Source: a virus (lineage: Duplodnaviria > Caudoviricetes). Taken from it: 63,806 nt of DNA. Location of the stretch: IMG/VR virus record IMGVR_UViG_3300009136_000004, positions 1 through 63,806 of that record. The stretch is one strand, 5' to 3'. A program made the position numbers and the translations under genes. Of this stretch, positions 37,442-47,198 are shown in pieces. The notes beneath the pieces were generated by a model that saw nothing but the letters and a program-made list of their open reading frames with translations, did no database searches and was not told where the DNA came from. Every line of letters starts with the position of its first letter. Positions within the stretch are counted from its first letter, which is position 1.

Positions 37442-38898
37442 TGGCAGCAAGCGAGCAAGACGTTCTATCGGCATTGTCAAACATCGGCAATCCGCAGTCG
37501 TCTGAAGAGAGCCTAGACTATGCTCGGCAGATCTTGTCGCAGTATCAGATGGGTATGCCAGGACCTGAGGAAGAGGCGCTCGAAGCTCTGCGTGAACAGC
37601 AGATGGACGTTCGTGGAGCATTGGAAAGGGCTCGTGAACGAATCATGGAGCTACGAGGTCCGAGCAGAGCGGAGAAGTGGCTGGCTCTGGGTCGTGGGCT
37701 CGGGCAGACTACGAAGGCAGGAAGCATCGGTGAGACTGCATCGAATGTAGCAGCCCAGATGCAACCCCTCGCAGCGAGACAGACAGCGTTTGATGCAGGT
37801 CAAGCATCGAGCCTCAGTGATCTAGATCTTGCGCTGGCTCAGGTCAACGCGCCAGTCACTGCGGCAGAGTTTGACATTGCGAAGATGCAGTTTGAACAGC
37901 AGGGTCGGATGGCGCAGGAAGCACTGAAGACGATCCGCGGAGCCGGTACTTCTAGTGGAGGTCGTACGAGGGAACCGAAGATACAAGACCTGATGAGGCT
38001 TCATAACTGGAGCCGAGCTGATGCGGCTGCTCTGGTGGATGGCTTCGTCGGCATTGAGATGGTCCCCGAACTCGGTGTCGGTCGCCTTGTGAATGAGATC
38101 AGCGGCACAGTGACTGAGATCCCACTGGAGCAGATCGATGAGTTCATGGGTTACTTCCCAGACGATGACCAGAGCAGACCGAGCAACGTACCGGGTGACA
38201 GTAGAGAGAGCGCGGCGTCTGACTACCGCACAGACATTGAAAAGATGGCGGACGACATCGTTATGCAGCGCATCGATGAAGGGACGTCACTCTGGGATAT
38301 GGCTGGAGTATCCACTGGTCCATGGGCTCAGGCACGAGTCGGAGCGTCGTACCTCACGTCTCTGTTCGGCGCTGATACATGGGTCGCAACGAAGACTATT
38401 GAAGGCAGACAGGGACTGAAGCTGCGGTCACGTGATCTGGCGAGGGTTCTCATTGACAACCCACGGATGCCGGTCAAGCTGATTGAGATGGCTATTGAAG
38501 AAGCGGCGCTAGAAGACTCGGTCATCGATACACCTCAGCTCATGCAGACGCGGCTCGTTGCACTGGACAGGGAGCTCTGGGATAGATACCTGGATGCCGC
38601 TGAAGGCGCGCAGGATCCTGGCATTGACCCCACTGAACGCGCGGACATGAAGCAGAACGCACGATACCTCGCTATCTTCCTGCGAGACTTGCGCGTACCA
38701 GTTGAAAGACAGAAGAGGCGGACGAGGGTGCTGCCTGATGGGACCATGATTGGTGATGAGTCCGAAGCCGAGACGGTGGATAAGTACGCGACTCCTCCGC
38801 CTGGATGGACAGGAACTGAACTGCAATGGAAGCTCGTTCCGCCAGAGAAGAAGTTTCACTGGGACGCGTTCTATGAAGTAGAAGGAGTAGATTTCTAA
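37441..38898 (+). CDS. Probable internal virion protein
   Basis: Helical 485 aa; TAATG coupling in ejection-gene region. Confidence 0.6.
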   Translation: MAASEQDVLSALSNIGNPQSSEESLDYARQILSQYQMGMPGPEEEALEALREQQMDVRGALERARERIMELRGPSRAEKWLALGRGLGQTTKAGSIGETASNVAAQMQPLAARQTAFDAGQASSLSDLDLALAQVNAPVTAAEFDIAKMQFEQQGRMAQEALKTIRGAGTSSGGRTREPKIQDLMRLHNWSRADAAALVDGFVGIEMVPELGVGRLVNEISGTVTEIPLEQIDEFMGYFPDDDQSRPSNVPGDSRESAASDYRTDIEKMADDIVMQRIDEGTSLWDMAGVSTGPWAQARVGASYLTSLFGADTWVATKTIEGRQGLKLRSRDLARVLIDNPRMPVKLIEMAIEEAALEDSVIDTPQLMQTRLVALDRELWDRYLDAAEGAQDPGIDPTERADMKQNARYLAIFLRDLRVPVERQKRRTRVLPDGTMIGDESEAETVDKYATPPPGWTGTELQWKLVPPEKKFHWDAFYEVEGVDF

Positions 38899-41291
38899 TG
38901 GCAGCGAATGAAGACGAAGTACGCGCACAGATACAGGCTGAGGCAGCAGAGCGCGAGCGTCTGTACTTAGACTCTCAGCGCCGAGCGGAACAGCTTGATG
39001 ACCCCATGGAGGAGTTCGGTCACGGTGCTGCGCTCGGAGTTGCCAATACGTTCGGCATCCCTGTGGACGCGGCGAGTGCCATTATGAACGCGGCCGGAAT
39101 CCAGACGGATGCTGCGTTCGGAAGCGGCGATAGCATCATGGACGTGATGGAGTTCATAGGTGCTGCGCCTGAAGACTCGCCAGATCAGCCGGTCGGTCCG
39201 ACTGGTAGAGCAGGTGAGGCTGTCGGCATGGCAGCGGTGATCACTCCGGCTATGATGGCTCCGTTCATTGAGATGGCGATGGATCCGAACTTTGAGCAGC
39301 GGATGGGCAATCAGACCAGAGCGTTCTATGGCGGACCGGAAGATAGCCCGACTCGTATTCCTCGTTCTCGTGCTGCTCGTGCTGCGTTCCTTATGAAGCA
39401 ACTCGGTCAGCAGATTACCAAGACGGCAGTAGAGAACCCGAAGATGTTCGTGGCTTCTGAGCTCGCCGGTTCTGCGGCTGCTGGATACGCGATGGGGAAG
39501 GTTGAAGAGGGAGGTGGATCTCCTGCTCAACAGCAGGTCGCTGGACTCGGTGCTGGTGTCGCTTCGTCACTGACGGTAGCTGGACTCCCACGTGGACTGA
39601 TGAATATGTGGAGATGGGGAATGCGAAATGCCTTCCCGTTCACTGAAGCTGGAGGCAGCGCAAGAGCAGCGGCTCAGGTCCAAGCGCGAACAGAGAACAT
39701 CCCTGGAGCAGTAGCAGCGATTGACGAGGCTCCGCCTGGAGTAACTCCTGCCCGAGCTACCGGGGAACAGAGGTTGATGGCTCAGGAACAGCGTATGATC
39801 GATGATGATCCAGCATTGGATCTGCTCGTGCGCGAAGACCTTGAAGGTGCAGTGCGTCGGTCGCAGAATGAACTTCGCGGTCTGTATGAAACGCCACAAG
39901 GAAAAGCTGACTGGGAATACACTGTGATGCAGCGTATAGCGCCAGACGGTACTGAGATCAGCCCTTCAACGACCGATGACATGCTTGATCAGGTCTACGA
40001 TTCCTTCAAGCCTCTGTACGAAGTGGCGAAAGGCTATCCTATACGGAACAGGCTGATCACGGATGCAACGACGTCACTCGATACACAGATGGCGAACGTA
40101 TCTAAGAGCCGAGCGGTGATGGCCGGAGGTGGCACTCGTAAGCAGGTCAAGTCGTGGCTTGAGAACCAGATGGAAGGACTTCGCGGAAAGAGCAGAGCAT
40201 TACAGGGTGAGACCGACAGGTTCTACCGGAGTGATGATCTACTTGAAATGCGCAGCAGAGTTCGGCAGGAGATACGCAAGCAACGCAAGTCTACGACGTC
40301 AGGTTCCAACGAGCGAGCTGACCTGCTTGAGATCGCAGAGCAGCGCATCACAGGTCTGCTCCATGACCAGATGCCGGAAGAAGCACTGCAAGGATTGAAG
40401 TTCGCAGACGATCACTACCGCAACTATAAGATCCTCGAGGACGCGGTCTACCGTTCCGGCGAGGGAGGCCTCAGTCCGAATGGTCTACTGACTGCCATCC
40501 GTGGGTCTGCTTCTTCAAAGGGTGCATACGCTCGCGGCGAAGCAATGGACCTCAGGTCACTGGCTCAGTCTGGTCGGCAGATAGATCGGCTGATGAACAA
40601 CCCGGAGCAGGTCGGCCGGATGGTTCAGAACATGGCAGCAGACGACGTTGATAACCTGAAGTCGCAGTTCATGGAGGAGCTCTTCCGCAAGTCTATTCCG
40701 CAGAACCAGTTCGGTCCTGACGGCGAGGAGCTGATCTCTGGCCTCCGCCTCCAGGGTAACAGGAACAAGTTCATGCGCACTGCCAGAGCGCTCGGCTTTG
40801 ACGATGACGAGATATCGCGTCTGGATGAGATCATCAAGCAGATACGCGTCGTTGAACAGAACCCTGAGGCAGCGGTCGCTCAGTTGTTTGAGGACGGACC
40901 GTCTACCATCATGGAACTCGGCGCAGTCTTGCTCGGTGCGAAGTCTGGTCAACGGTTAGCTGAAGGCGGCATCGGTTCGTCCATGGTCATGGCGTCATAC
41001 GGAGCGAACAAGTGGCGCGGCTTCCTAGGTAAGTTCACGTCGGATCAGGCAGAACGATTGATGCGTGAAGCAGTGCGTGACCCTGAGAAGTTCAAGGCTC
41101 TGCTTCTTCAGCCCGGAGCGCTACCGGCCGAGAAGAATCAGGCTTTCCAACTGCTGATGACTGCGATGGCTCAGCCACTGTACGAGGCGGGAGAAGGTAT
41201 ACCGGAGACGGTGGATGCTGCGGCAGCAGAGTACAAAGAGAAGCTCGAAGAGATACGTGAAGCAGCCAAGAGTCTAGGACCCTTATTCTAA
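38898..41291 (+). CDS. Probable large ejection protein
   Basis: 797 aa helical with hydrophobic Gly/Ala segments; position. Confidence 0.6.
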   Translation: MAANEDEVRAQIQAEAAERERLYLDSQRRAEQLDDPMEEFGHGAALGVANTFGIPVDAASAIMNAAGIQTDAAFGSGDSIMDVMEFIGAAPEDSPDQPVGPTGRAGEAVGMAAVITPAMMAPFIEMAMDPNFEQRMGNQTRAFYGGPEDSPTRIPRSRAARAAFLMKQLGQQITKTAVENPKMFVASELAGSAAAGYAMGKVEEGGGSPAQQQVAGLGAGVASSLTVAGLPRGLMNMWRWGMRNAFPFTEAGGSARAAAQVQARTENIPGAVAAIDEAPPGVTPARATGEQRLMAQEQRMIDDDPALDLLVREDLEGAVRRSQNELRGLYETPQGKADWEYTVMQRIAPDGTEISPSTTDDMLDQVYDSFKPLYEVAKGYPIRNRLITDATTSLDTQMANVSKSRAVMAGGGTRKQVKSWLENQMEGLRGKSRALQGETDRFYRSDDLLEMRSRVRQEIRKQRKSTTSGSNERADLLEIAEQRITGLLHDQMPEEALQGLKFADDHYRNYKILEDAVYRSGEGGLSPNGLLTAIRGSASSKGAYARGEAMDLRSLAQSGRQIDRLMNNPEQVGRMVQNMAADDVDNLKSQFMEELFRKSIPQNQFGPDGEELISGLRLQGNRNKFMRTARALGFDDDEISRLDEIIKQIRVVEQNPEAAVAQLFEDGPSTIMELGAVLLGAKSGQRLAEGGIGSSMVMASYGANKWRGFLGKFTSDQAERLMREAVRDPEKFKALLLQPGALPAEKNQAFQLLMTAMAQPLYEAGEGIPETVDAAAAEYKEKLEEIREAAKSLGPLF

Positions 41292-44200
41292 TGGCGAAAG
41301 CAGGTAAAGCGAAGACCGCACTGAAGCTCTTCCAGGAGTATCAAGAATCTGGAGCGCCTCAGCCGGGGATGTTCTCTCCGCTCATTGAGGCTGTTCGTCA
41401 AGCTCCGATGAAGAAAGGTACTGGACAGGCGTGGATGGAGTACCTTCAGCCTGGACGTATGGTCAACCGGGAAGGAATCCAGTTCCCCATCAAGCAGACT
41501 GAGATAGACCTGCTCAACATTGACGACATCGATGCTGACATGGGTCTGGGTGCGTTCATAGCGCCGAACACGAAGTACACGAAGGAAGAAATAATCAAGG
41601 AGCTCAGCGCTCAGGGTGAGACCCGACCGTCGATGAGCTTGAACATTGCAAGACAGATCACTAATCCCCTCACCGGAGAACGGATCAAAGCCGGTCCTGA
41701 AACTGTAATTCCTGAGGCATGGGTGCAGGGTGCGACGGAGGCTTCTAGCGATCCACTCAAGGAACTCAGACGGTTAGAAGTTGAGGCGACCAAGTACGGA
41801 CAGAACAGGACGGGGACGTCGCAGCTTTCTCACGTGTCGCCTGGAAGCACTTACGAAGAAAGCATCTCGCGTCTGCCTGGACTGGTAGATGAGTCGCAGC
41901 ACTTCGCTCGGGATACAGTTTCTCATTCACGCAGTTCAACGCATCCCAATACGGAAGTCGGGAAGGTGCGGCTCGTTGAAGAAATACAGGCTGACGTCCA
42001 CCAGAAGGCAGCAGATAAACTCTACAGGGATCCGCAAGATACAGATGGCTTGTTGACAGAGAGGGAAGTCCTTCGTGAACTCAGCCCAGAGGAAGTAGCA
42101 GAAGCTCTAGAAGATGGCACTCTCATCTACGAAGGTCGTCGCGGGTACATGGACGCTGAACAGCAGATGAACCTGGAAATGATCGTTGATGATATGGAGG
42201 AGCTGAATGCGCAGAAGAGTGCTATCCGTCGTGGCGAAGTCAGTGACCTGCTCGGTGGTGAACTCGGTGAAGGGATGGGGACGGCTGCTGAACATGCAGA
42301 AGCTCTGGCAATCGTCAACACAGAACTGGAACAGGCAGCGAAAGACCTAGAACGAGTCAGAGCCAGAGTAAGCAACGCTCCGTTCAAGAAGCCTCAGGAA
42401 TACAGTGCGCTTGAACTGCGGAAGCAACTGCTGAGCGCAGTGGACGAAGACGCTGACTACTTAGCACTGACCAGAGCGAGCGACCAGCTTGAAAGGTACG
42501 GTGGAGCAGGTCACTCGCGTCGGCGCACAGAAGGCATGGAAAGAATGTACGATCAGGTCTACTACGGTGAACTCCGTAAGTTGGCGAATCGGTACAGGAT
42601 TCCGCTCACTGAAATAGAAGTGAAGATGGGTGGTCTGCGCTCCATAGATGATGCTGACATCCGTCCTGAGTACATGGCGACCCACGACTTTGAAAACGCC
42701 ACCGACGTCTATGAGTACATGGAAGCCGGGTACATGGATGCAACCCAGAAGTCTGATGCGTTAGAAGGTGCGGCGGACTTCGGAGCATGGGCTGAAGATA
42801 TGAGTCAGACCATACGGAACAACCCAGACGTTCCGTCTAACAGTGGCCGAGCCCTTATAAATAGGATTCAACGCAACTCGAGAAAATTAGAGGAAGTGGT
42901 CACAGATCTATGGGACGACGCGAACCAAGATATAAACGGTGGACCAGAAAAGTTCACAGAACGAGCGAAGCCTCTGGAACAGGCTATCAAGAAAGACATG
43001 GAAGATCTGTGGGACAGATACTTGCGTGACCTCGGTCCGAATGTTGAAAGACCAAAGACGTTCCCGGCATTGGAACTGACCCCAGAGGTGAAGGACTTGA
43101 TCAAGGAGACTGGAGTACCAATCGCACAGACCGAAGAGCAGCCAGAAGGTCCTCCGGTCATGGCTGCTGCGCTCGGTGGTCTCATTCGTAAGTACCAGGA
43201 GGGAGGTCCAGTCCGCAGTCTACAGGCGGAGCTTGAAGGGACTACCCTGGAGGAAGAGGCTGAACGGTACAGGAGGGGAGAACTTCGCAGGGTGCAAGAG
43301 AAGGCGGAGGAAGACAGGAAGGATGCTGAACTGAGGCGGCGATGGGAAGCAGGTGAACCGGCGGACCAGTCTACCGCGATGAAGTACTTGAAGAACACCT
43401 TCCGCTCTCTGGCTGGAGCAGTGCCGTTCATTGACCCATCTACTCGCCAGTGGCTCACGGACACGATGACCCATCTTCCGTCTGGCGCTGGACAGATGCT
43501 CCAGTCTTTGCAGGATGATGGCACTGCGAAGTTGATGCTACCGATGCCGCTCGAGCAGCCGTATCCATTCATGTCAGAAGAAGCACTACAGAGCATGATG
43601 GACTATAACGAAATGGCGAGAACGCACAATGCGAAGATCAAGCCGAACATCATTGACGACACGATCGCCATCGCTGGTCTTCCTGGAATGTTCTGGCCGG
43701 ATACGTTCGGTGAGCCGCCGGAGTGGGCTGCTGAAGCTATGGAACGGTCAGAGCAAGTTTCTCAGGATGTTCGTGGTGACTTCGGCGTACCGATGCCTGA
43801 AGGATTCATGCAGGGTGCGTCAGAAGGTCTGGGGATGATGCTCGCTCAGGTCCCTGTTCCTGCTGCTGGAGGTAAGACCGCAGCAACGAGGCTCTTCGAT
43901 GCAGCAGGTAGAGTGATGCCGAGGACTGCGAAGGCAGCGAAGGTCGCTACACTACCCGCGAGAGCCGGACTAGAGTTCTTCAACCCCGTCATCAACCCTA
44001 GTATGGGGAACTACCTGATGGGAGCCGGGTTCGCAGGAGCAATGAATAAGGGTATCCAGTTGCTCGGTGGAGAAGGCGAAACGCCAGAGGAGCAATTGAC
44101 AGAACAGGAACTGAAGTATCAGCAATACGCCACAGACACGTGGATGGAGCTAGACCTTGAAGGCAAGCTGGATCTGATAAGCGATCCGCAAGTCGGCGAC

Positions 44201-45010
44201 GCTGCATGGTACTATCTGCATCCTGAAGAGAAGGAGCTATTCCTGGAAGAGCTGAAGGAGATGGGGTACGATGTTGCGGAAGAGGAAGAAGAGCCTACGG
44301 AATGGGCGAAGGGAGGGTACGTCAGCCAACTGGCGAAGCTGAGAAAGCTCCGTGACGATGGCGTCATTGATGCGACTGAAGTGTTTGAGCAGAAGATGCT
44401 GGACGACGCGATTGAAGACGCTGATCTTGGCGACCTCGCTGGTGAGGTTGACAAGCCGCATGATCCATACGACCCAGCGAACATCAGCGTCACCAGTCGG
44501 GAGCATCTGCCGCCGTCACCAGAGTTCCAGGAGTGGCTTGATGACTTCCAGAACAAGCTGAACATCAAGGAAGCTGAACACAAGGACGTGATGGCAACGA
44601 TGAACTTCAAGTATAAGCCTGGAGACGTGGTCAGGGGACAGCTACCGAATAGTCGGTACGAAGTTCTGTTCCAGGATTTCAATCGTAAGACGGGGAGAGC
44701 TAAGTACAGGGTGATCGGGGAAGACGGTAGTGAATTTGATTTGCCAGACTTTGGCATTGAAGGTCGCGCTGGTCCAGAAAGTAATATCCACCAGAGTACA
44801 GGGATGGATGAACTGGCAGCAGACGCGGCAGAAGACTTTGAAGAGTTCACTGGCTTCTACCCAGAAGACCTTGAACTGAGCGAGTACCTCGGCCGAGATA
44901 ACTTTGAAGGGAAGGCGTTCATGGAAGATGGTAGTGAGGTCAGGTTCACGTACGACCTAACAGAAACAGATCCACGAAATCGTTTTGAGGTGAAAGAAGA
45001 TGCCGAGTAA
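41291..45010 (+). CDS. Large multi-module (polyvalent-like) internal virion protein
   Basis: FSPL..AV...KGTGQAW, HSR, VEEIQAD.HQ, APFK, MYD motifs seen in large phage polyvalent proteins; GG motifs between modules. Confidence 0.6.
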   Translation: MAKAGKAKTALKLFQEYQESGAPQPGMFSPLIEAVRQAPMKKGTGQAWMEYLQPGRMVNREGIQFPIKQTEIDLLNIDDIDADMGLGAFIAPNTKYTKEEIIKELSAQGETRPSMSLNIARQITNPLTGERIKAGPETVIPEAWVQGATEASSDPLKELRRLEVEATKYGQNRTGTSQLSHVSPGSTYEESISRLPGLVDESQHFARDTVSHSRSSTHPNTEVGKVRLVEEIQADVHQKAADKLYRDPQDTDGLLTEREVLRELSPEEVAEALEDGTLIYEGRRGYMDAEQQMNLEMIVDDMEELNAQKSAIRRGEVSDLLGGELGEGMGTAAEHAEALAIVNTELEQAAKDLERVRARVSNAPFKKPQEYSALELRKQLLSAVDEDADYLALTRASDQLERYGGAGHSRRRTEGMERMYDQVYYGELRKLANRYRIPLTEIEVKMGGLRSIDDADIRPEYMATHDFENATDVYEYMEAGYMDATQKSDALEGAADFGAWAEDMSQTIRNNPDVPSNSGRALINRIQRNSRKLEEVVTDLWDDANQDINGGPEKFTERAKPLEQAIKKDMEDLWDRYLRDLGPNVERPKTFPALELTPEVKDLIKETGVPIAQTEEQPEGPPVMAAALGGLIRKYQEGGPVRSLQAELEGTTLEEEAERYRRGELRRVQEKAEEDRKDAELRRRWEAGEPADQSTAMKYLKNTFRSLAGAVPFIDPSTRQWLTDTMTHLPSGAGQMLQSLQDDGTAKLMLPMPLEQPYPFMSEEALQSMMDYNEMARTHNAKIKPNIIDDTIAIAGLPGMFWPDTFGEPPEWAAEAMERSEQVSQDVRGDFGVPMPEGFMQGASEGLGMMLAQVPVPAAGGKTAATRLFDAAGRVMPRTAKAAKVATLPARAGLEFFNPVINPSMGNYLMGAGFAGAMNKGIQLLGGEGETPEEQLTEQELKYQQYATDTWMELDLEGKLDLISDPQVGDAAWYYLHPEEKELFLEELKEMGYDVAEEEEEPTEWAKGGYVSQLAKLRKLRDDGVIDATEVFEQKMLDDAIEDADLGDLAGEVDKPHDPYDPANISVTSREHLPPSPEFQEWLDDFQNKLNIKEAEHKDVMATMNFKYKPGDVVRGQLPNSRYEVLFQDFNRKTGRAKYRVIGEDGSEFDLPDFGIEGRAGPESNIHQSTGMDELAADAAEDFEEFTGFYPEDLELSEYLGRDNFEGKAFMEDGSEVRFTYDLTETDPRNRFEVKEDAE

Positions 45011-45617
45011 GTCACCGGCTCAAGCAAGACTAATGAGGGCAGTCGCTCACGGGTGGAAGAAGCCTGGAGGCGGAGGTCCGTCGCAAGAAGTTGCACGAGA
45101 ATTCGTTAACGCAGACAGGAGAGGTAAAGTGGAAGGATATCAATTCGGCGGACCGGCTAATTACCGGGGAGTTCCTCGCCAAGTAATGAACAGAGCGCAG
45201 ATGGGACCACTGAGTCAAACGACAGGTGGACCGGGAAGTCCATGGAGAGGTGCGCCACCTCCCAGAGCAGAGATGGGTCCACGTCGCGGTGGATTCATGG
45301 GTGGTCGCGGCGGACCGGGTGGAAGGATGGATCCACGTCTGCAGCGGATGCGGCAACAGCAAGGTGGAATGAGAGGTCAGTTGCCCGGAGCGCAAGGCAG
45401 ACCTCAGGGTGGACCTCAGGGTGGAGCGCTTCGCCAGTTGATGCAGCAGATGCAACAGCAGCAAGGCAGGATTCAGAAGAGGCCTCCAGGCGGACGGATG
45501 GCTCCACCTCCCGGCAAGTATCCAGGCGGAGGGAACCCCATGATGGGAGGTCGAAATCCTATGATGCGTCAGCGTGGAAGATACATGGGAGCTTCTCCGA
45601 CTCGAATGATGCGCTAG
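45000..45617 (+). CDS. Low-complexity Gly/Gln/Pro/Arg/Met protein
   Basis: MPSKSPAQARLMRAVAH...VAREFVNAD N-terminus, YQFGG, disordered tail; RBS GAGGTG. Confidence 0.65.
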   Translation: MPSKSPAQARLMRAVAHGWKKPGGGGPSQEVAREFVNADRRGKVEGYQFGGPANYRGVPRQVMNRAQMGPLSQTTGGPGSPWRGAPPPRAEMGPRRGGFMGGRGGPGGRMDPRLQRMRQQQGGMRGQLPGAQGRPQGGPQGGALRQLMQQMQQQQGRIQKRPPGGRMAPPPGKYPGGGNPMMGGRNPMMRQRGRYMGASPTRMMR

Positions 45618-45892
45618 GCGACCCCTAAATAGTGGTCCAAGTGGTAAAAACTGCTCAAAAAGTAGACAGTCCTAGGGCGTCCTGTAGAGCTCTGTACGGG
45701 TCGGTCGGGTACTTCGGGGATGTTGGGTGCGGTAGATGCCGAACGGCGATCTGGGGGACGCTGGCGTAGGCAGCCAGCGGAGGCGGATGCGCCTGTATAC
45801 GTGGCGCTGCCTGTAGGGACGCACAGCAGCCGCACAGCACAGCCGGGGAACAGGGTCCCGGGTGCGCTGGCGCTGCCGTACAGGGGAGCAGG

Positions 45893-46204
45893 TTATTGGT
45901 CGACATATGCCGACGTTGCTTCGCCTTCAGTCTCGGTCACTTCCACTAGCGTCAGCAGTGCATAGGCGACAAGATCTTCCAGCGAGTCCTTCCCTTCTTC
46001 AAGCTCAATCGTTGACTTGAATAGGTCGTACTGGAACTGCGACGCGCCATGTTCAACGCGACTATACTTGCGATGCAGATTGAAGAACGCACTGAAGCCT
46101 CCGTGGTCTTTCCAGCTTGACCCGTATGCCTCGTCCTTCTTTATGATCGTCTGCACGATCTCGTCAGCTATCTGCTGAAGCCGTTCCTTCTCATGTGGTT
46201 GCAC
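45893..46204 (-). CDS. Nmad1/DUF1599-like nucleotide-modification-associated protein
   Basis: KKDEAYGSSW, KYSR, DSLEDLVAYALL. Confidence 0.7.
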   Translation of the reverse strand: MQPHEKERLQQIADEIVQTIIKKDEAYGSSWKDHGGFSAFFNLHRKYSRVEHGASQFQYDLFKSTIELEEGKDSLEDLVAYALLTLVEVTETEGEATSAYVDQ

Positions 46205-47198
46205 GATGCTTCCTCCTCATCATCCACTGCGTACAGGCAAGAGCCCAGTCCGGCGACGCGATGTTCTTGCACAGATGCAGCGCAGTCTCAATGTCGCCTC
46301 GTTTGTAACATCTCCACGCATCCCTCATCGGGTACGCTGTCCGGCCGAAGAATAGATCCTGATACATTATAGGGTCATCCCAGTCGTCCTTGAAGAACCG
46401 CTCCAGGTCAGCATCCCATGCGTCGGTCGTTCCGTTGACAATGGCAGCGGAGGCAATACGGCTCGGCGTGTATCCGTGACCAGCATAATAATCCTGCTCG
46501 CCGTATGCTGCTCCCATGTTCAACTTCTTCCAGGTCGGGTTCTCAAGATAGTAGTGCCACGAATCACTGATGTGATAGTAGAGGCCGATGTCGTACCCGC
46601 TCTTCCGTGCCATGTACTCCTGGAGAACACTGAAGTGAACAGCGTTCGCACCGTAGCATCCCCAGATGATGTCGTTGCTGCGGCAACAGACCGTCATGTT
46701 CAACTTCCCATTGCGCACCTTGAAGTAGACGTGCGTATTGCATGGGATGTCACGTCGATCAGCGCCGAGGTCAGCAGCCGGGTTCCACATTGATATCACT
46801 GCCCGACGCGTGTCAGGCTTCCGTCGCAGAAGGTTCGCTGCGGTTTCAATCTGGTCAACGCCACTGCGCCACCTGAACCCGTATGCTCCATGGAACTTAC
46901 CGTCATCTTCTGCGAACTGTCCGATGTTCTTACTGAATTGGCTGATCCATGCTGAGTCGTCGCGTCCTGCCAACATCCACAAGGCTTCCATCAAGTGGAA
47001 GAACGGGTTCGCATCGCGCACGTCGCAGAAGAGTACTCTCCTCCAGGGTTTGCGGTAGATGGTAGTCACCGGCTCATCGTACTCCCGCGTGACCTTCCCT
47101 TCTCGTGGCGCTATCTCATGCCAGTTGTCATCGTGCAGCATGATGTGAGCCGCCTTTCGAAAGGCTGAGTTCACGTTGTCTGCGTCTATTACTATCAT
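46191..47198 (-). CDS. Thymidylate synthase-family dUMP hydroxymethylase
   Basis: RDANPFFH..EALWMLAG, GAYG.RW, TRRAV, catalytic DIPCN, RSNDIIWG.YGAN (Asn indicates dUMP specificity). Confidence 0.85.
   Translation of the reverse strand: MIVIDADNVNSAFRKAAHIMLHDDNWHEIAPREGKVTREYDEPVTTIYRKPWRRVLFCDVRDANPFFHLMEALWMLAGRDDSAWISQFSKNIGQFAEDDGKFHGAYGFRWRSGVDQIETAANLLRRKPDTRRAVISMWNPAADLGADRRDIPCNTHVYFKVRNGKLNMTVCCRSNDIIWGCYGANAVHFSVLQEYMARKSGYDIGLYYHISDSWHYYLENPTWKKLNMGAAYGEQDYYAGHGYTPSRIASAAIVNGTTDAWDADLERFFKDDWDDPIMYQDLFFGRTAYPMRDAWRCYKRGDIETALHLCKNIASPDWALACTQWMMRRKHRATT

Noticed and set aside
41291-45010. Virion RNA polymerase (N4-like)
   Set aside because: Too short and no polymerase catalytic motifs recognised.
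45655-45906. 83-aa minus-strand ORF in the convergent gap
   Set aside because: Low-complexity, weak RBS, overlaps hairpin-rich sequence; cannot be supported as coding.
46191-47198. dCMP hydroxymethylase (T4-like)
   Set aside because: Specificity position after RSND..WG is Asn rather than Asp, and neighbours are thymine-modification genes.
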